From Macrostomum lignano (lineage: Eukaryota), in the NCBI GenBank assembly GCA_002269645.1, contig NIVC01000927.1, positions 208,473-272,472 of the forward strand: 64,000 nucleotides of DNA, read 5' to 3'. The notes beneath the pieces are model-generated. The model was not told the DNA's origin and did not search any database. It was given only the letters and a program-made list of their open reading frames with translations. This document shows, piece by piece, positions 1 to 10,373 of this stretch. Position 1 is the first letter of the stretch, and every line of letters begins with the position of its first letter. The translations under genes were made by a program, and so were the position numbers.

Positions 1-559
1 TTAGAATCAAGCTCTTCATTTACTGTTCATTATCTTAATTTGTTGACAAGCCTCTTTAATTGCTCTTAATAGCCTATGTTTATTTGTGGTTTTAATAACT
101 ATTTTCCTTCTTGATAAACGGGTAACGGTCATCTGTTACTGAAAGAGAGGGAGCCCTGTAAATACAAAACTTTCTTAAGAAATATAGTTCATAAGTATTT
201 TTAACTGTGATATATGCTATTCTTCAAGTACTGTACAGAAAAATGAAACTTCTGTGGCTCTGTGCTGCAGCAACCAACAAACTGTTTACTTTAAAGAATA
301 CAAATATATATCATTCAATTTATAATAAAAAACATTTATTTTCACATTACTGCTGATGCATTATGATGGCATGTAGCAATAATGCAATCGATTGTGTGAT
401 TGGTCTTTGAAAAATGAATTATTTTATTAAATTGTACATTTTTGAGTACTGTGGAATGTTTATCAATTAGATTGTCGGTAAACCACTGCAAGATGTTTCT
501 TTGGCAAGGCAAGAATTTAATTGTTACAGATCATTTTCACCCTCACCTCAATGTACTTA

Positions 560-1560
560 GCTCTAAGCCAACCCCAATGCACTCACTCCAGCTGTAACCC
601 AATCCCAATGTACTCACTCCAGCTGTAACCCAACCCCAATGTACTCACTCCAGCTGTAACCCAACCCCAATGCACTCACTCCAGCTCTAACCCAACCCCA
701 ATGCACTCACTCCAGCTCTAACCCAACCCCAATGCACTCACTCCAGCTCTAACCCAACCCAATGCACTCACTCCAGCTGTAACCCAACCCCAATGCACTC
801 ACTCCAGCTGTAACCCAACCCCAATGCACTCACTCCAGCTCTAACCCAACCCCAATGCACTCACTCCAGCTCTAACCCAACCCCAATGCACTCACTCCAG
901 CTGTAACCCAACCCCAATGCACTCACTCCAGCTGTAACCCAATCCCAATGTACTCACTCCAGCTGTAACCCAACCCCAATGCACTCACTCCAGCTGTAAC
1001 CCAATCCCAATGTACTCACTCCAGCTGTAACCCAACCCCAATGCACTCACTCCAGCTCTAACCCAACCCCAATGCACTCACTCCAGCTCTAACCCAACCC
1101 CAATGCACTCACTCCAGCTGTAACCCAACCCCAATGCACTCACTCCAGCTCTAACCCAACCCCAATGCACTCACTCCAGCTCTAACCCAACCCCAATGCA
1201 CTCACTCCAGCTCTAACCCAACCCCAATGCACTCACTCCAGCTGTAACCCAACCCCAATGCACTCACTCCAGCTCTAACCCAACCCCAATGCACTCACTC
1301 CAGCTCTAACCCAACCCCAATGCACTCACTCCAGCTCTAACCCAACCCCAATGCACTCACTCCAGCTGTAACCCAACCCCAATGCACTCACTCCAGCTCT
1401 AACCCAACCCCAAATGTACTCACTCCAGCTCTAACCCAAACTCAAATGTACTCACTCCAGCTCTAACCCAACCCCAAATGTAATCACTCCAGCTCTAACC
1501 CAAACTCAAATGTACTCACTCCAGCTCTAACCCAAACTCAAATGTACTCACTCCAGCTCT
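560..1560. repeat. 31-bp minisatellite CACTCACTCCAGCT(C/G)TAACCCAACCCCAATG, ~32 copies
   Basis: Period read directly. Confidence 0.97.
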
Positions 1561-1740
1561 TACACATATAGCTATAAATTTAAATTTTAATAGTAGTGTC
1601 CTCTAGCTGCTAAAAATATTGCTTATTTTTTCATTTTTAAAATATAAAAATCTTTCAACTTGTGTTCCGATACTACTCAAAACCGCAGTAGTAATATTTG
1701 CGCGCGTTTATTTTGTTTCTTTTAACTATTCAACTATTGC

Positions 1741-2133
1741 ATGGCTAGCAAAGACGCTCAGCAACAGCAGCTGTGCTATTTTTATCAGCGTGGCAACTGT
1801 CGCCATGGCAACCAGTGCCGATTCTTGCACGCTCGTCCCCCGGCACCGCTTGCAGCAGCAGCAGAATCATCAGTGGAAGGAGGTCCCGCCGTTGCCCGGG
1901 TAACCATCAGCACAGTCTGCTGGTATTTGAAACGCGACGGAGTCTGTCCCCATGGCGACCGGTGCCGGTTCAGCCACGACCTGAGCAGCGCCGTCAGGCA
2001 GGACAGCTCGAAGAGTTCTGCCAAGGCGCAGACGCTCCAAGCGTGCGTGTTCTACCAGCGCGGCAGTTGCAAGCGCGGCCAGAACTGCTGGTATCGGCAT
2101 ATTGATCCGGCGGGCGCCGCCCCATTGGCTCAG
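1741..2133 (+). CDS. Zinc finger gene exon 1 (three CCCH fingers)
   Basis: ATG at 1741; CYFYQRGNCRHGNQCRFLH, CWYLKRDGVCPHGDRCRFSH, CVFYQRGSCKRGQNCWYRH; donor CAG|GTGAGC at 2134. Confidence 0.9.
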
Positions 2134-5100
2134 GTGAGCAGCTTTATCTTCTACTCGGCAGATAAACTGCTAGCTCGAAATTGCACGCATTCGAAAACGA
2201 GTAAAATTTACAGCTCGTAAGCTTGAAACTTCACAATGGGAATACCGTTACTTTACAAACGTTTAATTATGAAACTTAATTAGCTCGAATCTTCATCAGC
2301 TCAAAACTCCATTAGCTCAAAACTCCATTAGCTCAAAACTCCATTAGCTCAAAACTCCATTAGCTCAAAACTCCATTAGCTCAAAACTCTATTAGCTCAA
2401 AACTCCATTAGCTCAAACCTTCATTAGCTCAAAATTCCATTAGCTCAAACCTTCATCAGCTCAAAATTCCATTAGCTCAAACCTTCATTAGCTCAAAACT
2501 CCATTAGCTCAAAACTCCATTAGGTCAAAACTCCATTAGCTCAAACCTTCATTAGCTCAAAACTCCATTAGCTCAAAACTCCATTAGCTCAAAACTCCAT
2601 TAGCTCAAAACTCCATTAGCTCAAAACTCTATTAGCTCAAAACTCTATTAGCTCAAAACTCCATTAGCTCAAAACTCCATTAGCTCAAAACTCCATTAGC
2701 TCAAAACTCCATTAGCTCAAAACTCCATTAGGTCAAAACTCCATTAGCTCAAAACTCTATTAGCTCAAAACTCCATTAGCTCAAAACTCCATTAGGTCAA
2801 AACTCTATTAGCTCAAAACTCCATTAGCTCAAAACTCCATTAGCTCAAAACTCCATTAGCTCAAAACTCCATTAGGTCAAAACTCCATTAGCTCAAAACT
2901 CCATTAGCTCAAAACTCCATTAGCTCAAAACTCTATTAGCTCAAAACTCCATTAGCTCAAAACTCCATTAGCTCAAAACTCCATTAGGTCAAAACTCCAT
3001 TAGCTCAAAACTCTATTAGCTCAAAACTCCATTAGCTCAAACCTTCATTAGCTCAAAACTTCATTAGCTCAAAACTCCATCAGCTCAAACCTTCATTAGC
3101 TCAAACCTTCATTAGCTCAAACCTCCATTAGCTCGAAACTCCATTGCTCAAAACTGCATTAGCTCTAAACTCCAGTGGCTCAAAACTCCATTAGATGCTG
3201 AATTAACTGCCAGTCTCCGCCCCTTAAAACTAAATTGCCTGTAAAAATGGAGTTCAAAATGGTGGTACACCTGTTGCTCTTTTCAGTCAAAAACCGATGC
3301 TGCTGCTGCTTCTGCAGAAGAAGAAAAAGAAGAGCCGACCGATAAAGCCAGCTCAGCAGCCGTTAAAGAAAGCGGCAGCGGATTTGTGATTAGCCGACCT
3401 GCTCAGACTCGTCAGTCGCCAGCTGCTGCATCAGCAATTCCGTCCATGGCAACTAAGAAGTCGCTGTCAGGCCTGACCGAAGCTTCCGCTGCCGAACTCC
3501 GTCAGGCTGAGATGGCCACTCTGATTCGACGCGTGCCCAAAAGCGAACTGCTGACGCGAACGTTTGACAATGGCGAACAGGTGTTCGAGTTCGATTTCCA
3601 GTCTAGCGATCCGGATTGGCCGTACGATGTGAAATCTCTGCCCCTTGCTGTGGCCTTTCCCATTGGCTTTCCTAAGGAGGTAACTGCGTTCTGATGTTAA
3701 TTCGGATTGTTGCAATGTGTTTTAGCGCTGGGTTCCATCAGGTGTTCTAGCGCTGGGTTCCATCAGGTGTTCTAGCGCTGGGTTCCATCAGGTGTTCTAG
3801 CGCTGGGTTCCATCAGGTGTTCTAGCGCTGGGTTCCATCAGGTGTTTTAGCGCTGGGTTCCATCAGGTGTTTTAGCGCTGGGTTCCATCAGGTGTTTTAG
3901 CGCTGGGTTCCATCAGGTGTTTTAGCGCTGGGTTCCATCAGGTGTTTTAGCGCTGGGTTTCATCAGGTGTTTTAGCGCTGGGTTCCATCAGGTGTTTTAG
4001 CGCTGGGTTCCATCAGGTGTTCTAGCGCTGGGTTTCATCAGGTGTTTTAGCGCTGGGTTCCATCAGGTGTTCCAGTGCTTGGTTCCATCAGGTGTTCCAG
4101 TGCTTGGTTCCATCAGGTGTTCCAGTGCTTGGTTCCATCAGGTGTTCCAGTGTGCATCGTCCCGTATGTGTAATTCTAGCTTTTTTCACTTGAAATAATG
4201 TTCATTATGCACTTTTAACCCGGACGGCAGGCAATGCAGGTGACGGTGCGCGAGTCCCCACAGCTGCCCAGACGCCTGCTGAAAACTTGCCAGTCCGGCA
4301 TCAACAAATGGCTGTCGGAGAGACAGACGAACTGCTTGAAGAACGACTGCGCCTGTCCAGTGTTTCGCCAGTTCCTGCGCTGGCTGGACCGGGGCCTCGA
4401 GGATCTGTTCACCACAGGGCTTCAGCTGGTGCGTCTATCACCCGATGCGGTAGTCTGTCACTCCTAATCACCCGATGCGGCAGTCTGTCACTCTCAATCA
4501 CCCGATGCGGCAGACTGTCACTCCCAATCACCAGATGCGGCAGACTGTCACTCCCAATCACCCGATGCGGTAGTCTGTCACTCCTAATCACCCGATGCGG
4601 CAGACTGTCACTCCCAATCACCGAATGCTGCAGTCTGTCACTCCCAATCACCAGCTGCGGCAGACTGTCACTCCCAATCACCCGATGCTGCAGTCCGTCA
4701 CTTCCAATCACCCGATGCGGCAGTCTGTCACTCTCAATCACCCGATGCTGCAGTCGGTCACTCCCAATCACCCGATGCGGCAGTCTGTCACTCTCAATCA
4801 CCCGATGCTGCAGTCGGTCACTCCCAATCACCCGATGCGGCAGTCTGTCACTCTCAATCACCCGATGCTGCAGTCGGTCACTCCCAATCACCCGATGCGG
4901 CAGTCTGTCACTCTCAATCACCCGATGCTGCAGTCGGTCACTCCCAATCACCCGATGCGGCAGTCTGTCACTCTCAATCACCCGATGCTGCAGTCGGTCA
5001 CTCCCAATCACCCGATGCGGCAGTCTGTCACTCTCAATCACCCGATGCTGCAGTCGGTCACTCCCAATCACCCGATGCGGCAGACTGTCCCTCCTGCCTA

Positions 5101-7307
5101 TCGATATCCCAAAGGCGTACTCCGCCCCACCCCCGCAGTACAAGCGCGAGCTGGAAGCGGCGCAAGCGGGCATCTCAATCTACACTCCCGAGCAGCTGAG
5201 GGAAAAATTTGCCCAGGCAGCAGCGGCAACCGCAGAATCAAAGGACTCCGCAGACGTAAGAGAAGACGAAACAGAAGAGGCTGATGACAACAATGATGAA
5301 GACGACAGTGACGAAGATTCCAGCGATGAGAACGAAGAAGGCGACTCTGTGCAGCGACCGTCGCAGCAGCAGCTTCGCGATCCTGTCCGCCGCGGCACCG
5401 AGATCGCACTGCGCCGTCTGGAACTGCGCGACAGCGTCGCCTCCTTGACTGTCCGTCGGCTGGTCGTTGAGCTTCGCTGTCTCCGCTGTCGCCGGAAGCT
5501 GGCGGCCAACCTTAGCGCCGATTCCAAAGCCGGCTACGTGTCGATGGCCTGTGCTCAGTGCGGCTCCGCCCTGCGCGCCGGCTTCCGGCCCAGCCTGCTG
5601 CACTCGTTCAGCGGCAACCCGGCCGTTGTTGGCTTCTTAGACTTGACCGGCTGCTCGGCCGAGGATGCCCTGCTGTCCGCCGGCGACTGCGAATTCGTCA
5701 CTGTCTGTCTGGGCTGCCAGCTGCCGCACACGCACCACGGACAGCTGGCCGGTAACGGTGGACAGCCGATGCGCCACTGCTGCCTCCGCTGCCATGCCTG
5801 GGGCGGCTTCGTGGCCGAGGGCGTCCGATTGACCGTGCTCAGCGCGCCGGATGTGGCCGATGGGAAAGTGAATCGGGGACCGTTAGGACTTATGATTTGA
5901 TTATGGTTTTTATGATCCCTTTTGGTTTGGGATTTCCGTTGGCTAGGGATTCCCGTTGGTTACGGATTTCCGTTGGTTTGGGATTCCCGTTAGTTACGGA
6001 TTTCCGTTAGTTTGGGATTCCCGTTGATTTGGGATTCCCGTTAGTTTGGGATTACCGTTAGTTTGGGATTACCGTTAGTTTGGGATTACCGTTAGTTTGG
6101 GATTCCCGTTCGTTTGGGATTCCTTTGGTTTGGGTTTCCCGTTGGTTTAGCATTCCTGTTGGTTTGGGATTCCCGTTGGTTTAGCATTCCTGTTGGTTTG
6201 GGATTCCTGTTGGTTACGGATTCCCGTTAGTTTTGGATTACCATTGTTTTGGGATTCCCGTTTGAGATTACCGTTGGTTTGGGATTTCCGTTGGTTTGGA
6301 ATTTTTTTTAGACATTGTTTTACTTGGGGTTGCAGTTTCCTTTAATTTTTCGATTCTCCTTGTGTATGGGATTCCCTTAGGGCTTGCGATTCCTTTGTGT
6401 ATGAGATTTCCTGCGAGTTTGAGATTCCCTTTGACTTTTGAGTCCCTTGGATTCCTTGGGATATTAAAAGATTTTTTATTACTTTGGTTTGAGAATTCTA
6501 CGAGTATTAAAGTTGGGATTTTTTATTGGTTGAGTATTCGCAATCTTCTTTTGCAATGAATTATTGAACAGTTTAATTTTCATATTCAGAATAAATACTG
6601 TAACGTATTTAGCGTACAATGAATCCAATTAAATATAATTAAGTGACTCAGATCAAGCATGGAAAATAGGGAATATAATTATAATGTACCAAGTTGCCTA
6701 AATATCAGTTGCGCTCTCGTCACTTTGAAACACTGGAACGGTTGAATCACAGATTTATATTTTTAGAGTTGTTAATTCCTACAAAAATATTTAGTCATAT
6801 AGACTAGCCATTTTGCCCCCTTTTGGGCAACTCAATAGTATTTTCATTGGGATTCCACAAATAATTTCTACCATATATTTTGTTCAGTCAAGCGGAGCAG
6901 CCAAGCAACAGCAGAAGAAGCCGAAGAAGCCAATAGAGCCGGACATCCGGCCCGGCCAGCCGTTGCCTAGCAACGGCACCTGCCGTCACTACAAGCGCAG
7001 CTATCGCTGGCTTCGCTTCCCCTGCTGCGGCCGGGCATTCCCATGCGACATTTGTCACGATGAGGCCGCGCCAGGCGATCACGAGATGGCGTGGGCGGTC
7101 AGGATGCTGTGCGGCTACTGCGCCAAGGAGCAGCCGGTCAGCGACAAGTGCTCCAGCTGCGGCGCCGGCATGTCGCGGGCGCGCACCTCGCACTGGGAGG
7201 GCGGCCGCGGCTGTCGCGACGTTAAACGAATGTCGCGCAACGAGAAGAAGAAGTACGCAAATCTGAATAAAACTGTTAGCAGGCGGGCAGCCGCTGCTGG
7301 CAAATGA
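1741..7307 (+). CDS. Spliced gene: 3xCCCH zinc finger + putative RWD/UBC-like + Cys-rich + CHY-type zinc finger protein (~710 aa)
   Basis: Exons 1741-2133, 3287-3679, 4231(or 4240)-4428, 5139-5867, 6888-7307. All introns are GT-AG and phase 0, and the exons join into one open frame. C-x7/8-C-x5-C-x3-H occurs three times. The C-terminus GTCRHYKRSYRWLRFPCCGRAFPCDICHDE..DHEMAWAVRMLCGYC is a CHY-type finger. Confidence 0.85.
2280..3194. repeat. 16-bp minisatellite ATTAGCTCAAAACTCC (intron 1)
   Basis: Period read directly. Confidence 0.97.
3287..3679 (+). CDS. Zinc finger gene exon 2
   Basis: Acceptor cttttcag|; SKTDAAAA...FEFDFQSSDPDWPYDVKSLPLAVAFPIGFPKE; donor GAG|GTAACT. Confidence 0.85.
3721..4152. 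repeat. 25-bp minisatellite GGTGTT(C/T)TAGCGCTGGGTTCCATCA (intron 2)
   Basis: ~17 copies. Confidence 0.97.
4231..4428 (+). CDS. Zinc finger gene exon 3
   Basis: Two in-frame AG acceptors (exon start 4231 or 4240); VTVRESPQLPRR...FLRWLDRGLEDLFTTGLQL; donor CTG|GTGCGT. Confidence 0.8.
4436..5089. repeat. 30-bp minisatellite CCCGATGCGGCAGTCTGTCACTCCCAATCA with 60-bp dimer (intron 3)
   Basis: ~22 copies; alternating variants from ~4681 to 5070. Confidence 0.97.
5139..5867 (+). CDS. Zinc finger gene exon 4 (acidic linker + CxxC cluster)
   Basis: Acceptor cccccgcag|TAC; YKRELEAAQAGI.., a D/E-rich tract, four CxxC pairs; donor AAA|GTGAAT. Confidence 0.85.
5920..6300. repeat. ~17-bp degenerate repeat GGGATT(C/A)CCGTT(A/G)GTTT (intron 4)
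   Basis: Period read directly; decays 3'. Confidence 0.9.
6888..7307 (+). CDS. Zinc finger gene exon 5 (CHY-type finger, stop)
   Basis: Acceptor tttgttcag|TCA; CHY motif followed by HWEGGRGCRD..MSRNEKKKY; TGA at 7305-7307. Confidence 0.9.
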   Translation, partial: SSGAAKQQQKKPKKPIEPDIRPGQPLPSNGTCRHYKRSYRWLRFPCCGRAFPCDICHDEAAPGDHEMAWAVRMLCGYCAKEQPVSDKCSSCGAGMSRARTSHWEGGRGCRDVKRMSRNEKKKYANLNKTVSRRAAAAGK

Positions 7308-8336
7308 TAGACTATAAGCTACTGTTAGTAATATGTAGTCGACGACATTGAAGTGTAGCTGTACATGAATTTAGAAAATACATAAAAATGTATTGCCTAA
7401 ACATTTATGACACTGCCATAATTACTCAAATCTTTTGAATGTCAGATTTGTCTTTTGTGTTTTCAAAGTACAATTATATTTAGTCATATGGACTAGCCAT
7501 TGTGCCCCCTTCGGGGAACTCTATAATAACTATATAGTACTCCGATATGCAAAAATACGGTACGGTTACGGAAAAAAATAATTAAGCTTCTTTTGAATTT
7601 GTCGCTGAGAATGTATTTTCATATCATATTTTCAGATACAGTCAAATATCTTATGTTGAATTATTGATAGGCGGTATCTGGACTGCTCTCATTACGATTA
7701 AATTAATCTGTCAAAATGGTCGCAACATGCATAGAAACTACCACTGCATAGACTCATGGATAGTCATTAAAAGCATGTCTGCGCCCTTGTTATTAGATGT
7801 CTAGATGGTGGCGTTAGAATCTGAGTCTTTAATGTGTTTAAGAGTTCAATGTCAATGCACGCTGCCAGTTCAAGAAGGGTTCACTGATCTTTGACGCTGC
7901 CTGTCTTAAAAATCAATTGAATATGCCAAAATGATCCCAATTTTCTGCTCAATTTAGCATAAAATATTCAAATATATACTTATTTTGTTTATTTTCTCTT
8001 GTTTGCAAATAGTTGACTCTTTCAATTATGCCTTGTAAAGTTAAATTCGATACATATCGGCTAAAATTGATGCGTAAAATTCACATCAGCCAAGCTGAGC
8101 ACGCAGACGGACACACGGAATACTGCGCAGGCACGCGCTCACAGGTTGTACATGTATGTCTTCAGTGGTCCCTGGATGGTGGGATTAGCGATAATGCCAC
8201 AAGTTCACAAATGCCAAGTTTATTGTGTGACCGCGTGCGGAATCGAACCCGCGGCATTTTAGTTTGAGAACAGACTTGGTACCGCTCCGCTTCGTTTCCA
8301 ACAATCACTTCTACGAGTATATAATTGTTAATATAA

Positions 8337-8597
8337 GGGGTTCTAGCGTAGTGGTTAGAGCGTCGGACTTGCGACTGAAAGGTCGGGGGTTTGATTCTCG
8401 ACCCAATCGAAACAATTTGTGTCCTTGAGCAAGACACTTAACTCCATCTTTCAAATGGGTACCAGCATTTAGTTGAGGTGTGTGGCAACCCCCCCTCCCC
8501 CAGTCCTTGGACTGAACAGCCGTACGCAGCCTTAAGATGCGCCACGCAAGGCGCAATAGCTGCGGCTGAGCTGTCGGTTGCACACCTGCCCATTGGG
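8337..8597 (+). mobile_element. tRNA-derived CORE-type SINE, copy 1
   Basis: A box TAGCGTAGTGG and a degenerate B box; GTGTCCTTGAGCAAGACACTTAAC..AAATGGG resembles the MIR/CORE domain; shared 3' block. Confidence 0.85.
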
Positions 8598-8665
8598 TCG
8601 AGAATCGAAGCCCCCCCGACCTTTCAGTCGCGAGTCCGACGCTCTAACCACTAGGCTACAACCGC
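8592..8665 (-). mobile_element. SINE tRNA head fragment, inverted relative to copy 1
   Basis: Reverse complement GCGGTTGTAGCCTAGTGGTTAGAGCGTCGGACTCGCGACTGAAAGGTCGGGGGGGCTTCGATTCTCGACCCAAT. Confidence 0.85.
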
Positions 8666-9989
8666 TGTGCCACAATCTGCAGTATATAAAATACTAAAAC
8701 TACTAACAAAACCACCGTGCAAATAACGTTTTCGATTCGACAAAAAGAGACAGTTTGACATTTTTTATTATCATGCAGTTATACATGTATATATATATTT
8801 GTCTACTTTGTGCTTCTGCGCCTCTAGAGTCGGGCCAGTAGACACTGCTAAAAAAATCGGTCAAAAATTGCCAGCTGCAGAGTGCGCAGAAGCAATGCAA
8901 GTTCTTGCCGTGTGTGAAGCGTGCGTATTAATCATAGCATTTTTAATATTAATAACTAAGCAATCTTAGCAAAAATTAGCATTTGCGTGGGTACTAAACA
9001 CGAAAAAATCGTGTGTGTTTTCAGTTGGCAGTTCGATGCGTGGGTTAATCAGAGTGGCTAGGTTCTCTCTCTCTCTCTCTCTTGGGGATCTGTCGTTAAA
9101 CAGCATTTTTGCGGGAAAACGCGAAAAGCATGGAAATTACGCTGAGTATGTTTAAAAAACAGTTTAACATGCATTATTATGGTAAATAGTTGATAACTAC
9201 GTATACGAAGTACTCGACTCGTATGCGCGCAAACAGAGCAGCAGTGCCATATCGGGTTACATTGAACGAGAGCGCGGTGGGGGTTCAGAATTCAACTTGC
9301 TAAATCCAGGTTTGATTAAGGATCTTAATTGTATAATAATTATATTGATAAGCAAGTTATACAAAGCTCGATGCGAGCTTAAACATGGACAGGGGCCAGA
9401 ATGGATGATGAAGGATTAAAGCAGCTGTCAAGTTGAGCAAATGTTAACACAATGCCTGTTACTTCTTACATGGCAAGCATGCATTTGTGCGGTGCAGAAC
9501 GGGGCTGGCTGCTTTTCGTTGCGTTCGGATAAAATTACTATGAGTAGCTAGGAGTGCTTTTTTTAAACTGATTTTCTGTGTTGCGTGCCAAAAAGTCAGA
9601 TCATGAATTAGATTTAATTAGTTTTTTTACATCTAAGAGCGAGCGAGTGGTAAACTCGAAACAAAATTAATAAAACAAGAATTGGCTGAACAATATTTGT
9701 GAGCATAAATCTCATTCAACAGGATCTGAGGAATATTTTGCAGTCAGCCAGTTCTTGTTTAGCGCAGATAGGCAAAATACGACAGCTACAGAAGCTTAAA
9801 TCACAATGCATTAATCTCGTGCTCAAGGTGTGCTCATAAACAATTGACAAGAACAGCTGGGAGAGAGAGAGAGAGAGAGAGTCAAGGGGAGGCGGCATGT
9901 GCACAGCGTCAAAATTACAATCGGGTACAAAAATCACAAAGTAGAAAAACACGAAAGCAGCACAAATCACACCAGAGTTCGTGGTGTCC

Positions 9990-9995
9990 TTTATT
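9990..9995 (-). promoter_or_regulatory. Candidate poly(A) signal AATAAA for the TIA1-like gene
   Basis: AATAAA on the - strand ~230 nt after the stop; motif match only. Confidence 0.3.
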
Positions 9996-10225
9996 ATAAA
10001 TATTTTAATGCTATCCTCACGACGATGCAGCAGTTTAAAACGGGACAAGTTTGGATTTTTGTGCTGGGAGGATTTTAAGGGCGTAAGGGTGCGCATTGCG
10101 GGTTAATACCAGTTACAAAAGCGTGAGCAGTCGTGCTTTTGACTGTTGCTCAATAAAATGGGACTCTCCAACAGTCATGGCCAACCAGTCGGCCAACAAG
10201 GCATGGGAAATCAGTTGGGGTCTGG

Positions 10226-10373
10226 TCAGTGGGCCTGCTGGAAGCTCACAGCTGCCGATGTCGGGGTGCCGAACGCGGCGGCGTGGCTGGCCGCGGCCAG
10301 TTGAGCAGCGGCAGCCGCGGCTGCTGCAGCCGGGTTGCCTCCGGCGGCGCCGAAACCGTTGAGCAGGCCGCCG
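10226..10373 (-). CDS. TIA1: TIA1-like last coding exon
   Basis: cccgcag|C GGC..; SGGLLNGFGAAGGNPAAAAAAAAAQLAAASHAAAFGTPTSAAVSFQQAH-TGA. Confidence 0.85.

Noticed and set aside
1741-3679. Exons 1 and 2 of the zinc finger gene are both exactly 393 nt
   Set aside because: No sequence similarity between them, so treated as coincidence.
4287-5900. 537-aa ORF with Cys-rich ITRCGSLSL repeats
   Set aside because: The N-terminal half is the intron-3 30-bp array read in the frame of exon 4. Exon 3 is in another frame, retention gives TAA at 4465, and cryptic AGs in the array are the wrong phase.
8337-8410. SINE heads as functional tRNA genes
   Set aside because: No acceptor-stem pairing, variable anticodon regions between copies, and they are fused to CORE and tail domains.
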